From the NCBI RefSeq assembly GCF_006345805.1, contig NC_043013.1, positions 54,436,001 through 54,500,000 of the forward strand: DNA of 64,000 nucleotides. The letters are read 5' to 3'. The notes under the pieces were generated by a model that had not been told where the DNA came from, made no database searches, and was given only the letters and a program-made list of their open reading frames with translations. Of the stretch, positions 25,566-40,355 are shown one piece after another. The translations under genes and the position numbers were made by a program. The DNA comes from Octopus sinensis. Taxonomy: Eukaryota. Every line of letters begins with the position of its first letter. Positions within the stretch are counted from its first letter, which is position 1.

Positions 25566-27039
25566 GGAGCCTTATTCAGAAGATCTTTTCTTATGTATGT
25601 AGGAGAAAAATCTTCAATTTAAATAACGATACTATCACCTGAAATCATGAATGAATCTTACCTACAGAATCTACATACATTTACAGAAGCTAGACACTAG
25701 TTATTATACATAATTTATACTCCTATGCATAACGGCATTGTACTATTACTAATTAACTAATTACTGTGAATGGCCTGAATAGCTTTCATTCACCTCAAGT
25801 TAATACAGGATCATTATTGATAGTTTATATACATTGATTAATATTATAAATTCTACAATTAGAGATGTTCAAACTTCAAATAATGGCCACCCTGGAATAA
25901 ACATATTTATTCTCTGATCACTTCACATAAGTTTCCAGTGGTCACTCTACCCAATTAGTAATTACATAGCTTATTAATTCTAAATGAAACACAGGGAAGA
26001 GACTGTAGCAAGACTGTTTAAAGCAAATATTTCTATTTAAATTACAAATTACTGTATAATCCACTTGTAACTACTTGTAGGTTCTTAAGAAATTCAAAAA
26101 TAAAATTAATATTACTAATTACAGATTCAATTATTTAAAGGAACTGCTGTATTTTTCTGGTTGGCACTTGAAGTTTTCCTTCTAAAATGAAGAAGAATTT
26201 CCTTAATTCTGTGTCATTAACATGCAGTACAAATGCTAAAATATAATATTGTCGTCTGAGAGACCCAGTCATCTAAACTTTGTGCTAATTACAGTGCAAC
26301 CTATTATTTATGAGTTATCTAAATCATACACTCACTCACTCACACATTTGCTCTATTAGCAATTTGCAGTTTTTCTTCATACATAAAACTTCATTGATCT
26401 TTTTGTTTTGTTTATTGCATATCTATGCCAGTACAGTGAACGTTTTTGTTGAAGATATAAGTTGATGCTTTTGATTCTGAACTTTCTCGACTGATATGCA
26501 CTTAATCCATTACAAGAATTCCCATTACGCATCTAATAATAGTTTCCTTAGACATACAACAACATACATGGCACTAAAATTTATTGTCATGTAAGTCTTT
26601 GTAGTACACATTCACACATCTGAATGGCTTTCTTTGTTCGCCATCTGTTTGAAGTCTCTGCAATTACAGTATATTAGATATTCTGCTGTGGTTCCCACTC
26701 TGAATGCATGCATAATTTCCACCACTGAATTTACAAACTGACTATCATCGCTATGAATGATGGTTGCAGATGGCAGCCCCAAATTCAAGCCATCACTAGA
26801 TCATGACATTTGCCATGTTACTGAAAAAGAAATGTTGGAGAGGAAATTCTCAGAAAAAGTTTGGCACCAAACTGGAATTGAACCAATTTTCTTCATGAGA
26901 ATATTTTCAGTTTTAAACATCAGTTCTTGTTTTGTGAAATGACTTAGTGGTCTTAGGTAACTGCATTTTCTGTTGTGTCTTGAAATTATTGCAAAGGTTG
27001 TACTCAGGGTTTAATATTAAAGATATGTTAAAGAGTCTG

Positions 27040-27662
27040 TGCAATTGATTTAGTGACCCTGAAAGGACACAAGGCAAAGATGACCTTGGTGAAATTTGAA
27101 CTTACAACATAAAGACAGATGTTATACCAAAAAAGCATTTGTCCAGCGTGCTACCAATTCCGCCAGCTTGCCACAACACTACTGGTAATAATAATAATCC
27201 TTTCTACTATAGGCACAAGACCTGAAATTTGGGGTAGGAGTAAGTTGATTACATTGACCCCAGTGCATAACTGGTACTTATTTAATCAACCACGAAAGGA
27301 TGAAAGGCGAAGTCGATCTCAGCAGAATTTGAAATCAGAACATAGTGGCAGACACAAAATACCGCTAAGCATTTTACCCAGCATGCTAATGGTTCTGCCA
27401 GCTCCCTGCTTAGTTGATAATAATATATCAATAATAATAATAATAATAGCCCTTTCTACTAAAGGCAAAAGGTCTGAAGTTTGGTGGGAGGTGACTAGCT
27501 AATCATATCGACCCCAGTGTTTCACTGGTACTTAATTCATCTATCCCCAAAAGGATGAAAGACAAAGTCAACTTCGGCAGGATTTGAACTCAGAACGTAA
27601 AGAGAGATTAGATACTGCTAAGCATTTTGCCTGGGGTGCTAATGATTCTACCTGCTTGCCAC

Positions 27663-27724
<62 letters not shown>

Positions 27725-28660
27725 TGATGATGATAGTTTAAGCAGAAGGTTAGGGATTGGGGATGGAGAAAATAGCCAATTACATATCAAATCTGTACTT
27801 GACTGGTACTTTATTTTATCCCTGCCACCATGACCACTACTACCCAAAAGAGGTGAAATGTAAAGAACAGGAATAGATATTGCAAGGCATACTTCTCTGA
27901 CACTCAACCGATTCTGCAAGTTCACTGCTTTGACAACAACAACAATTAGAATAATGCTTATCATTTGTAGAAGTTTAGTAGGAGGGGAGTTAGTTGATAG
28001 CTTCAGCCCCTATTTTTATAAAAATATACCTAAGAGGGAGCTGACCTGGTCATGTATTGAACTCAGAAGCTAAAGAGTTGGACGTAATACTGACAAACAT
28101 TTTGTCCAACGCTAATCATCATCATCATCATCATTCATGGTCCGTTTTCCTTGCTAGCATGGGTTGGATGGTTTGACTGGAGCTGGTATGGATGGAAGCC
28201 ATACCAGGCTCCATCTGTCTGTTTTGGTTTCTATGGCTGGAGGCCCTTCCTAATAACCAACTCTTTTTACAGGGTATACTGAGTGCTTTTTACATGGTAC
28301 TAGTACCAGTGCTTTATATGTGGCACCAACATTGGTGCCACATATAAACATGGCACCAGCAGAGTCACCGAGTTGCTTGCAAGACAAATACCAGAAATTA
28401 ATGATTCTGACATTGCATTACCTCCACAACAACAGCAACAATAATATCAGATTCTAATGTCAACATAAGGCTTGTGAAAATCTGATGAATGGTGTTAGTT
28501 GATTAAATTGACCTGGGTCTTGAGTTGTACCTGCTTTGATCAACCTAGGTCGGATGAGAGGTCAAGGTGACTTCAGTGAGATTTGAAACTAAAACAAAAA
28601 ATAACTGAAGAAATACTACAAAATATTTTTAAACCAATACTCTAACAAGCCTTCCAGCCA
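27040..28660 (-). mobile_element. Cluster of about five co-oriented family A SINEs plus one family C element, separated by (AAT)n/(AAC)n/(CAT)n tracts
   Basis: Family A copies at about 27040-27175, 27205-27410, 27450-27660, 27750-27930 and 28450-28660, a very degenerate one at about 27960-28110, and family C at 28115-28390. Confidence 0.75.
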
Positions 28661-30583
28661 ACTACCCCACCACCACCAACAACAACTATAATAAATAAAA
28701 CTAATTTTTTTTACCTTTATTTATATGTAAAATAACTAATAACTGATTAAATATAGTTTTGTGAAGTTGATTAAAACCCACCTGAGATACTAAATAAATG
28801 AAAAAGACAATGTCAGGATGAAAAAAAAACAAAACCAAAATACAGTATTGAAGAGCAGGTTGGAAATCTAATGAGAAATTCGGTTTGTGTGCAAGAGACC
28901 TATCTGTCATTTTAACGAGCTCAACCACCTGTTTTAGTTAAGAGGAAAAGAGTAGAAAGACAAACAGAAGAACGTCAAAAACAGAAATATTCTTTCTTCA
29001 GAAATGTAATCAAGTGACTGCAACAGCCAGATTTGTCAATAAGAGATAACGATAATTAGGAAAGAAACATTAGATGAATGACACGAGGATAATAAATGGT
29101 TTGAAATATCATAAAATATAAACTGAAGAAATAGGAAACAGAACAACATTTGTTATTATTACTTGTAATGAGTTTATATTAAAATCAATAATATATTTAT
29201 TTGTAGATGTTCATTGTTGTAGCCTTCCATCTTGAGGAGAGTGAGGTGTGGGGGTAGCGACGGTATATTAGGATGTGGTGGTAGTGGTGGTGGTGGTAGT
29301 GGGGTCAGTGGTGCTGTAATATCTTACTTTCGTCAGTCTTATCTGACCTTAGATCATTAACATTTATGATTGATTGATCAAATGATTGAATCACTTTGAC
29401 AATCTTGTTCTAATAATGATTTGAGAGAAAGAGAGAGAGAGGGGGGAGAGAGAGGGGGAGAGTAGTCTATTAGTTAACAAGTCATAAATATATTATACAA
29501 TTAAGTGTGTAATACAATAATTAATTATTAAAAATAAATAGAAATGTAAATATAGAGCAAATGATGTGTGATTTAAATAGACCAAACCAATTCCAGTGTG
29601 AAGTAATAAAATATGATTCCAGACGTGACCCCCACCCCATCCCCCGATTAATTACTGTGCTAAATCATTATAGCAACAACAAACTAATGCTTCCACTTGT
29701 GTATTATTAGAAAAGTTAGTTTTCTTATTTTAATTCTTTGAAAATTCTTGAGATGAAGTGAAGATTTCAAGACAGACAATATTGCAAATAAAATTGTTTT
29801 CACTCAATATCGAAGCAAAATGTTAATAGAGAAGGTCAGAATATTTCCCAAGCAGCATAAAACAACAACATCAGCCACAAATGTAATTAAATATAGAGTG
29901 AAGAGTGAAGTGGATCATTTGAGAGGGATAATGGTTAAACCATTTTGCTAAAGAAATAAAATGCGTCTGGCATCGTATTGCACACTATCAAAAATCAGAC
30001 TCATTCCCCACAACTTTCTATATTTCAATTCAATTACTTTTTGGTGTTGTGTTCCTTGTCTTTTATTTTTCTTTCTTTACCAGACTCAGTTATAATAATG
30101 TCTTTTTCTTCTGCACTTTACTATTAATCTTTCAGGTAGCAGGTGACACTAGGTATTAGCCTCTTCAGTCATTCTATTTAGAAATTAACCTGAATCAATA
30201 ATACAGCAGGCTTGATATTGTCAATGCTATCAGCTAACTGTTGTTTCTTAGCCCTAAGTCCAATGAATACATGATGTGCCTATGTCATAACAGCACTCTA
30301 ATGTCATGAAGTAGGTAGGTATTGTAGGCTAAAGACATTTTGCTAATACCTAGATTGAGTGATTAAACATTTCTGATTTGCAGGATTCAGAATACATTAC
30401 AAAACTAATGAAATTTAATCTTTTTCCTTCTTTAGTTCTTACAGATTATGAATAAATACCTGAGCATGTCTCTAACACTTATTGCTTGAAGTTCAGCAAC
30501 TTATTATAAGAAGGTAAAAAAAAATGCACATAACATGTAAGGAAAAATTACTTTCTAAGAGCTTTTATATAAATATCTGTAAC

Positions 30584-30770
30584 TATTCTGTTGTGTCTGG
30601 GGAGAGTCATTCCCTATTAGTGCCTTATAATTTAACACACACACCGGTAAAATTTCCACTCATTTACTTATTTATTCTTACTTATTTTTATGAGTGGAAA
30701 TTTTACCAGTGAGTGTGTTAAATTATAAGGCCCTAAAAAGAGAATGACCCTCTCCAGACACAGCAGAATA
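30584..30770. mobile_element. Fold-back MITE, about 80-bp terminal inverted repeats with a short AT-rich spacer
   Basis: Left arm TATTCTGTTGTGTCTGG...AAAATTTCCACTCAT pairs with right arm ATGAGTGGAAATTTT...CCAGACACAGCAGAATA, with TA at both ends. A solo arm lies at 53152-53216. Confidence 0.8.
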
Positions 30771-32799
30771 TGTTTCAACACATGAACTCACTTAAAGAAT
30801 CTTGCAAACCAAATCCAAAAACGAAATCTGTAACTATGATATCTAAAATGTGAAGGGTGTCCCAGTTTCAGCCTAAGAAATCATGGTAAACCTATATATA
30901 TATATACACACACACACACACAAACTGCAATAACATGACAAAACTGAACCCAAAATCAAAAAGGAAAAAGCGAAGAAATTCATTGGTCTGTTTATTAAAT
31001 TAATATTGACCTGCCTTTTGAGATTCCTTCAACTCTACTAACCACTGCCATATATTGGCCTGAATTTCAATACATGGCCAATTTAGCCAACACTAAACAA
31101 ATTATCTAACGATATCTAGAACAGTCTTCATTAACAGTGTTAAGTCATTTGATACTAAATGAAACTGAATGCATTTGCGACCAATTATCCTGCAGTAAGC
31201 GGCTTATCATTAATTAATAGTCACTATTGACAAATTATGTTGCATTAAAATGCTTGCTGCAGTCTTACAATATTGTAATTGATGTTTCAAATTATAATGA
31301 TGATAATAATAATACTAATAATAATATGATGATGATCAATATTTTGCAGCATAATCTGATCTGAATACACACACACACACACTCAAAATCGCAAACCAAA
31401 AAAAAGCACTTGTAAATCTAAATATATAATTAAAGTATATTCTGGTTACATGTCCCACGTAGTTGTACATGAAAGGCTACATTGTGAAATGTCTCTTTTT
31501 TTTTTAAGATAGTAGAGTATGATTTGATGGAGATTTGGTTGCTCTTTCTAGCAGGCTGGACGTCTATGGTGAGATGTCGAGATGTTTATTGTTGGCTCAG
31601 TCAAATGTCTGTAGATTACAGAGTTGGAAATACTGTTTGATGATTTAATTACTTTGAAGAATTCCATTGCAAAATGGCCAAAAGTGAAATATTTGCACCA
31701 ATAGTCTACTCATAGAACAACGAAATATGGGGAAATGATTTTAAAAAATAGCTTGGCATCCTACGATCTACCTGAAAAGATCATCAGTAATGTTTTCTGG
31801 TGGTTGTTTGTACTTTACATCAGCCAGGTAGCCTAACTCAGGTGACCTGCCAGCATTAATTAAACTCCAGCATGTGTATGATGATTCTACCCTTCTGTGA
31901 TTTGCATCTCTTGATCCACAACCACCTTGGAACAAACTCTTCTGTCTCTGTTGCCAATTTGATGCCCTTCCTCGGACACAATGGATATTTTTGACCAGTT
32001 AAAAAAAGGAGTTCTTACTATTCACTGTGGGAACTTAAGTAATTTATGTGTTTAAAGCCTTCACAGGGAATTGCTTTTTTTAAATAGTAATCACACACAC
32101 ATTGATTGTTTGTTGAGGCAGATTTTCCACAGCTGGATACCTTTCCTGTCACTAACCTTCACCTGTTTTCCAAGAAACATAATATTTTCTCTTGGCCAAA
32201 CATGCTTTTCACAAAAGACTGGAAGCAAACAACCTTGCTTGCATGACAGGGATGCTCCTTTACAACCATCACATGGTGTCTAGACAGAGGTACAAGCAAA
32301 TGCACACCATATAAATGAAACTAGGGACATGAACGGAATTATTCAGGTAACAAAATACAATTGTCTGTCGGGATAATTCTGTTCTTTAGACTACAAAATT
32401 AAATTTATTCTTGTCAAAGTTTGTAGTGCTTCTGAATTAGTGTGGAATAATTTGTAAATGACTCATGGATAGATGGTGATTAGCTTCAGAAATTGGTCAC
32501 TTCCTTTCATAGTTCTAAAAAGACATCTTTGAGTTTGGTTCCTCCAAATCTCAGAAAGTTCACCTCCTGATCTTATCACGTTAGAAATTTAAACAAAAGA
32601 GCGTCTCTGCCATTAGATTTGCCAAATCAATTGATGCCAAATAGATTGAACAACTTTTTCTTTGCATAGTTCTACAAGAGAATTAATCTTAACCATTTAA
32701 ATAAATATCTTTCAGAATGACAGACTAAGAAGCACTTCAAAATGGGAACATTTCCAATTCCAAGAAAATTTAAACACACATACAAACACACACTCTCTC

Positions 32800-32838
<39 letters not shown>

Positions 32839-33042
32839 CATGTGCATATATTTGCATGCTTGCACAATGACACACATGTCTATACACAAGTGTTTGCGCA
32901 CATATTTGCATGTGCACGAATATATATTATTTGACATTTAACTATTTCAAACACGAAAACAAATTTGCATCAGGTTTTACATTGATAGACTCCCGAAATA
33001 AAAAGAACAGAAAAACTGATACAGCAATTCTGCTTGTTCAAA

Positions 33043-33385
33043 TGCATCATCATCATCATCACCACCTTTACTACCATCATCCTCAACATCACCATAATCA
33101 ACAACACCACCATTGCTACCACCACCACCACCATCAACATCTTTCCCCTCCTCCCTGTCATCATCATCACCATCAACACCACCATAACTACCGCCTCCAT
33201 TGCCAACACCACCTTCACCACCATCATCCTCAACATCACCACAATCAACAACACCACCTCCACCACCACTACCATCATCATCAACACTACCCTCACCACC
33301 AATATCATCATCACTATAGTTGTCACCACCATCAACATCTTCCCCCTCCTCCCCCTTACCATCATCATCATCATCACAACAGCAT
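33043..33385. repeat. Complex (CAT/CAC/CAA)n cryptic microsatellite with internal block duplications
   Basis: CCATCATCCTCAACATCACCA at 33074 and 33221; CCATCAACATCT...CCCCTCCTCCC at 33131 and 33329. Confidence 0.9.
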
Positions 33386-34204
33386 AAGAAGCTTTCACTT
33401 TAGGTTTTTATTTTTATTTTCATTATTTTTTTTTTTCCCGAGCTGAATTCTCCTCATGTATTTGATCAAATTTATAACATTGTGCAGGGTTTTTGCAGTG
33501 AGGGTGAAAAACGAAGTTTTTGGTATATGAATTATTGATTGAAGCTAAGATATTTTTACTTCAACCCAGTTTTTATTCTATATAAGTCAAAAACCAAATA
33601 AATTGGTAGCGCTAAAGTGCAGTGATATATATACTAAAAGCAAGTTTCCTTTTCCTGCCGGGTCAAATGTCTTGCTAGTTTCTACATTGTGAAACCTAAC
33701 TTATATATTCCATGCATTAGGAAGAGAAAGAAAGAAATAAAGAAAGAAAGAAAGGGAGGAAGGAAGGAAAGAAGGAAAGAAAGAAAGAAGTATGCTATTG
33801 GAAACCGTAATGTGTTAATCTTTTGTCAAGTCTTAACTGTAAAACATGTAATATTTTATTAAGTTGCATTGCTTCTCAAACGAATCTTTCCTATAATTTA
33901 TTTAGATATTAATATGGTTGTGTTTGATAGTGCTTCAAGAAACATTTTAGAAGAATTTAGAAAATTTGAGTTACAGTATACTTGCAATCTTAAAGATGCT
34001 GTCTAGAATATTAACAACTTGTTACCCTTTGGTTAAAATGTTGCCTTTCACAATGATATTTGCTGTAGATATTTTATACATCAAGAATTCATTGCAGCTA
34101 CTTCTATAAAAACTATGTGTGTGTGTGCATTTTCAAACACACTCACATTTAGTTGGTTTTACATCCATTTTTCTTTCCAAACTAGCGTAGCATTTTGCAT
34201 ATGC

Positions 34205-34560
34205 GCAGGCATGACTGTGTGGTAAAAAGTTTGCTTCCCATCCACATGGTTCTGGGTTCAATCAATGTGGCAGCTTGAGCATGTGTCTTCTAATACAGCC
34301 TCAGAATGACCAAAGCATTGAAAGTGTATTTGGTAGATGGAAACTGAAAGAAGCCTGATGTATACATACAGTGGGTCCCCACTACCACTTGATTACTGGT
34401 GTTGGTTTGTTTACATCCTACATCCTTATGAATTAGAGGTTCAGCAAAATAACAGGCTCCCCCAAAAAATACTAAGCTTGATTTGCTCGACTAAAATGTC
34501 TTCTGTGTGGTGCTCCAGCATGACCACAGTGTAATACCTGAAACAGGTAAAAGATAAAAG
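34205..34560 (+). mobile_element. SINE family B
   Basis: GGCATGACTGTGTGGT...GGGTTCAATC...GGAAACTGAAAGAAGCC...GCTCCAGCATGACCACAG. Confidence 0.8.
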
Positions 34561-35239
34561 CTAGCTTAAATGTACATATTATGAAGGCTTTCTTTTGCAA
34601 GTGGATGCTTTAGCTGTTGTCAACCCTTACCTTCTTGTCAAATAGCTGCTATCTTATTTCATCAGTCTCCAAAGATAGAAACCCAGTGAAATGGCGTCAA
34701 CCTTACTACCCATATGCCGAGTGATTTACTGGTGAGGGTTGGTGCAGACAAGGCTGAAGAACTCTTTAACAGTTTTTACTGTTTCTATGTAAAGAAGGTG
34801 AAGTAACATGAAATTCTTTCAAAGCAAGTGGAAAGAAGTAGTTGTTTTATCATAAACCAAACAGAGGAAAATATAAGTTTATTCACTGTAGGTGTACACG
34901 TCCGAATGTGTGTGCGTGTATATATATATATATATATATAATCGTCTATGTGTGTATATATGTATATATTTGTGTGTGTGTCTGTGTATGTATATATATA
35001 TATATATATATATGTATATAGTAATCCCTCAACTATCATGGGTGTTACATTCCAAAATCCTCCACGATAGGTATAGGTGCAAATCCATGAAGTGGAAATA
35101 ATACTGTACTGTATATATTTTATATTATTTTTATAATTTGTATATATTTATTTTATTATAAAAGCAAAACAACACCATGGAGGAATCGACATAAGCTTAA
35201 ATAATAAACCACGATATGGTGAGGGTACTGTATATACAT

Positions 35240-35279
<40 letters not shown>

Positions 35280-36199
35280 AAATAAATATATGTATGTATG
35301 GATAGATAAATAGAGGGATAAATAGATTAGATAGACAGGCAGGCAGACAGATAGATAAATAGTATGAATAAGGGAATGAATATGGCATAATGTAGTGTGT
35401 GTAGTTTAGTTATGTGGGATAGAATGTGCTGGTGCTATGGTAAAATGAACCAGTTCATTGTGTAAAGTAGGAAAAACCAAACCAAAAATGAAATGTTTGA
35501 GGAAAACATAACTTTAACACATCTAGGAGGGCAGGAAATCTAAATAAGAACTGGTTTGGACCCTGACTACTTGTCAAAATCATGCTAGCATGGAAAGCAA
35601 ACAGAAAACTGATTATGATGAAGGTGACAGTAGCGGTGGTGGTGGTGGTGGTACTTTGGTGATGGTGGTATTGATGATCGCCATGATAAAATGTGCATTA
35701 TGTGTATATGATTTAATAATCAAAGAGACTGTTGGTTCAGAGATCACTGGAATCACAGTGTGGTTATTTAGATACCTTGGTACCCAAGGGTAGGATAAAT
35801 AAAGCGCTGCTTTTGTGTAGGACTGTTTAGACAAGAGAGGTATTCCGGTTTCAAGAGAAATGGTTATTACCATGACATTGACTTTTGTTTCATTCAGCAT
35901 CGATCTTTGATGAAATCAAAAGAGAACCTACAAGCTACAGAATACGGCCACATGTTTGATATAATTTCTGTGTGTGGGTGGGTGAGTGTGTGTGTGTGTG
36001 AGTGGGAGTGTGTGTGTAAGCAGATATCTGTGTGTGTGAATAAACATTCAGCTTAATTTATCTTATTAAAAATCCCCATTTAAAAAGAAAACAATCTGAA
36101 TATTTTTATTATCAATATCATTATTATTATTATTATTATCATTATTATTATTATCATTATTATAATTATCATTATTATTATTACTATTAAGGCATCTGA

Positions 36200-36385
36200 G
36201 GAAATGCCTAACAGCATTTCTTTTGGTTTTTATGTTCTGGGTTCAAATCCTGCTGAGATCAACTTTGCCTTTCATCCTTTTGGGATCCATAAAACAAAAT
36301 ACCAGTCAAGTACTTGGGGTCAATGTAATCAACTAACTGCCTTCCGCCAAAATCTCTGGCCTTGTGCCAAAATTTGAAACCATTA
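36200..36385 (+). mobile_element. SINE family A short-tail variant inserted after (ATT)n
   Basis: GGGTTCAAATCC, GCCTTTCATCC, GGCCTTGTGCCAAAATTTGAAACC. Confidence 0.75.
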
Positions 36386-37584
36386 TTATTAGTAGTATTC
36401 CTGTAGACATTACCACCACTATCACTACCACCCCCATCATCATCATCATTTAATGAAAATACTCTCAAACCATCATCTCTTACATTGTCACAATACAGTT
36501 TACCACCTCCACCAGGATCACCACCACCACTACCATTAGCAAAATATTTCTCTTTCTTATTCCACCCCTTCATCATCATCCTCCTCATCATCATAAACAT
36601 AAAATTATAGAGACAATATATTTTTTAGAATTAATTTAGTTACTGTAAGCTAATTATTTTGATGGAAATCATTTAATAAAATCAATTTTATAATCCAAAT
36701 CTCAGTTATTTAATTTAATAAGTTATTTAAATTTAAATCAGTTTATTAGATTAATTTTTGACATCGCTTTCATTCTAGTTGTTGCTGTTGTTGTTAAATG
36801 AATTAATAGAATATATTTTGAAGTACTCAAGAAAACAACAAAAAAAAAAGAAGTTAATTTCAATAAATCCAATTTTATATGGTGAGGTAACGAAGGCAGT
36901 TTAATATCCTATATTTGAATATATAACTGTAATTGTTTTGCTAGGATATTTTCGCAAAAGTCATCAAAGTTAGCTGTTAATAATAATCGAACGAGAATAA
37001 CTTTGATACACGAAATTAATAAAGCAATTGATTGACTTACAAATTAATTATATATTTAATAATAAAAAAAATAATAATGATGTATTGGGAAAGAAACTGA
37101 TATCATCATCAGTTGAAAAAAAAAACAGGAAAAATATAATTAACTCGAGAAAACTTTGTAGAAATTATACAATAATTAAATTGCTTATAATTTTTACAAG
37201 ATTGTTTTAGTTTGAAACAGAATGTTTTTGGAGAAATTAAATTTCAAAAAAATAAAAAAGAAAAGGATAAATAAATGTTATCAACTGAACTAATTGGAAA
37301 TTTATTCGAAAATCTAAAGTTATTTTCGAATTGCAGAGAGTGTTGGTGGATATTTTGAAATTATAATAGCTGCCATAAAAACATTGGTAAGAGAGGAAGA
37401 TTCCTTTCAAGTTAATATAAAACTACTAATATTTTGATGGTTATAAATATAGAGAGACATCTCAATGGAAGAAATTGAGTCATTAATGTGGCAATATTTT
37501 TAAAAATGTCAGCAAGTAGGTTACATATGGGTGTGTATATGCTTACATATGTTGATATACATACCTGTTTATGTGTATATGATT

Positions 37585-38172
37585 GTGTGAAGTATATATA
37601 TATATATATATATATGCATATGTGTGTGTGTGTGTGTATATATATGCATATACATATACACATATATACATATATATGTATGCATATACATATACACATA
37701 AGTACATATATATGCATATAGATATATATATATACATATAAACACACACACGTATATATGCATGTACATATGCAAATCTATACATATATACATATATATA
37801 TGCATATACATATGCATATATATATACATATATATACATATGCATATATACACATATATATACATATATATATATACATATATATACATATGCATATACA
37901 TACATATATATGTACATATATATACATATGCATATATATACATATATATACACACATATGCATATTCATATATATATATATACACACACATGCATATATA
38001 TACATATATACATATATGTAGATACATATATACATACATATACATATACACATACACATATATATGCACACACACATATATATATGCTTATATATATATA
38101 TACACATATATACATATATGCATATACCTATACATATATATATATATATATATAAGCACATTCACACACACA

Positions 38173-38210
<38 letters not shown>
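37585..38210. repeat. Long compound (TA)n/(CA)n/ATGCAT microsatellite
   Basis: Directly visible; source of the many YI/HI-repeat ORFs. Similar tracts at about 2940-3110, 21610-21780, 22720-22805, 38980-39135 and 60560-61135. Confidence 0.95.
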
Positions 38211-38612
38211 CCACAAAGTGTGAGGCAGACTATATCAGTGACCAGGTCATAAATGAGCGATGAATGACTTCCATACATAAAACATACAATAAAATTAGAT
38301 TGAGCATAATTCTTTATTTTCATGTTTGTGAGTGTGTTTATTTACGGTCTATATGTGTGTGTGTGTGTGTGTTTGGTATGGCATTAGCATGATGAAACCA
38401 TTTCAATGTCAACACATTATATAGGAAGGAATTACTATCCAAAGAAATGCTATAAAAGAATATAAGTATAGTCTGTGTGTGTGTGTATCTTTGTAGGGTA
38501 GTGGATGTATGTTACTATCTTTGTTACTCTATCTCCCATTATCTCCTTCAACATGAATGGCATATTTATATATATATATATACACACACATACATGCATA
38601 CAATATTGTGAA

Positions 38613-38664
<52 letters not shown>

Positions 38665-38679
38665 TGTATATATTTCTCA

Positions 38680-38984
38680 GGCCAACCAAAGCCTTGTGAG
38701 TGGATTTGGTAGACAGAAACTGAAAAAAAGGCTGTCATATATGTGTGTGTGTGTGTGTGCATGTGTATGTTTGTGTGTCTGTGTTTGTCCCCTCAACTTC
38801 GCCTGACAACCGATGCTGGTGTGTTTGCATCCTCATAACTTGGCGCTTCGGCAAAAGAGGCCGATAGAATAAGTACTAGGTTTACAAAGAATAAGCTATG
38901 GGGTCGATTTGCTCGACTAAAAGCAGTGCTCCAGTATGGCTGCAGTTAATGACTGAAACAAGTAAAGGAGTATTTATATATATA

Positions 38985-39015
<31 letters not shown>

Positions 39016-39704
39016 CTATAATATATATATATTATATATATATATAATATATATATATATATAATATATAATATATATTTTCATAATATATATATATATT
39101 TTTTTATAATATATATATATATTTATTTATATATACAACGGGCTTCTTTCAGTTTCCGTCTACCAAATCCACTCATAAGGCTTTGGCTGGCCTGAGGCTC
39201 AAGTTCACTCAGTTGTAAATAGACAAGCCTTCAAATCAGAGGGGAATATTGGCATGCTCGCCTAGTCAGTGGAATGGCTTCATTCAAAAGCTAAAATGAT
39301 TCAAAGCGCATTGTGACCAGCGATGTACAACAGCAACCAACAGTCTGATTGATCATGTGATATACATACATATATGTGTGCGGCTGTGTGGTAAGAAGCT
39401 TGCTTCCCAACCACATGGTTCTGGGTTCAGTCGCATTGCTTGGCACCTTGGGCAAGTGTTGCCTACTATAGCCTCAAGACTTGTAAGTGGATTTGGTAGA
39501 CTGAAACTGAAGGAAGCCTGTTGTATATATATATATGTTTGTGTGTCAGTGTTTGTCCCACCACCATCACTTGACACCAATGTTGGTGTGCTTACATCCC
39601 CATAATGTAGCAGTTCCGCAAAAGAAATCAATAGAATAAGTACAACGCTTAGAAAGAATAAGTTCTGGGGTTGATTTGTTTGACTGAAACAAGTAAAAGA
39701 ATAA

Positions 39705-39705
<1 letters not shown>
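38680..39705. mobile_element. Three family B SINE segments in +, -, + orientation around a (TA)n tract
   Basis: 38680-38972 (+), 39135-39200 (-, GGGCTTCTTTCAGTTTCCGTCTACCAAATCCACTCA), 39375-39705 (+). Confidence 0.8.
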
Positions 39706-39739
<34 letters not shown>

Positions 39740-40284
39740 TATATGTATGTATATACACAGCTCTTTGATCAGAAAATAGAGCAGAGGATGTAGTTTACGC
39801 AGGAGACCCAAGTATATTACTGATACTTCACCCTGCTTGGAAAGCTGAATGTCAAAGTTGAAATTAATAGCATTTGAAGAATTTTCGTGTATACCTTTCC
39901 TCGTTAAATGTATGTCCAAATGCTCACAAATATGTGTGTGTGTGTGTGTGTGTGTGAATATATATATGTTAATTGATGTGTATTAATCAAAAGCAGCCAA
40001 TCTTACCAAGTGGTTTCATACTAGTTGTTCAATGGAGTGTTAGGTAACACTTTAATAGAGAACAGTCACCATAATTCATTCCATAGAATCTACCTCTGAA
40101 GAGTGCAGAACTACATAATTGGACCATTACCTGACTTTCCATTGAAACCCTAGTGTGAAACTGATTGGTAAGAGCAGCCGTGGTGGAGATATAATACTGT
40201 ACACTTCGATTAATATATCCACTCTATTGACAAATATACAAGTGCATTTTTTCCTGATGGACTCTTGGACAGCTACATGTATGT

Positions 40285-40355
<71 letters not shown>

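Noticed and set aside
32910-33446. 178-aa His-rich ORF and overlapping ORFs in other frames
   Set aside because: Product of a stop-free (CAT/CAC)n cryptic microsatellite that is open in several frames; no splice or homology support.
37412-38252. Many long YI/HI/CV-repeat ORFs here and at 2.9, 21.5, 22.6, 50.4 and 60-63 kb
   Set aside because: Translations of dinucleotide microsatellites.
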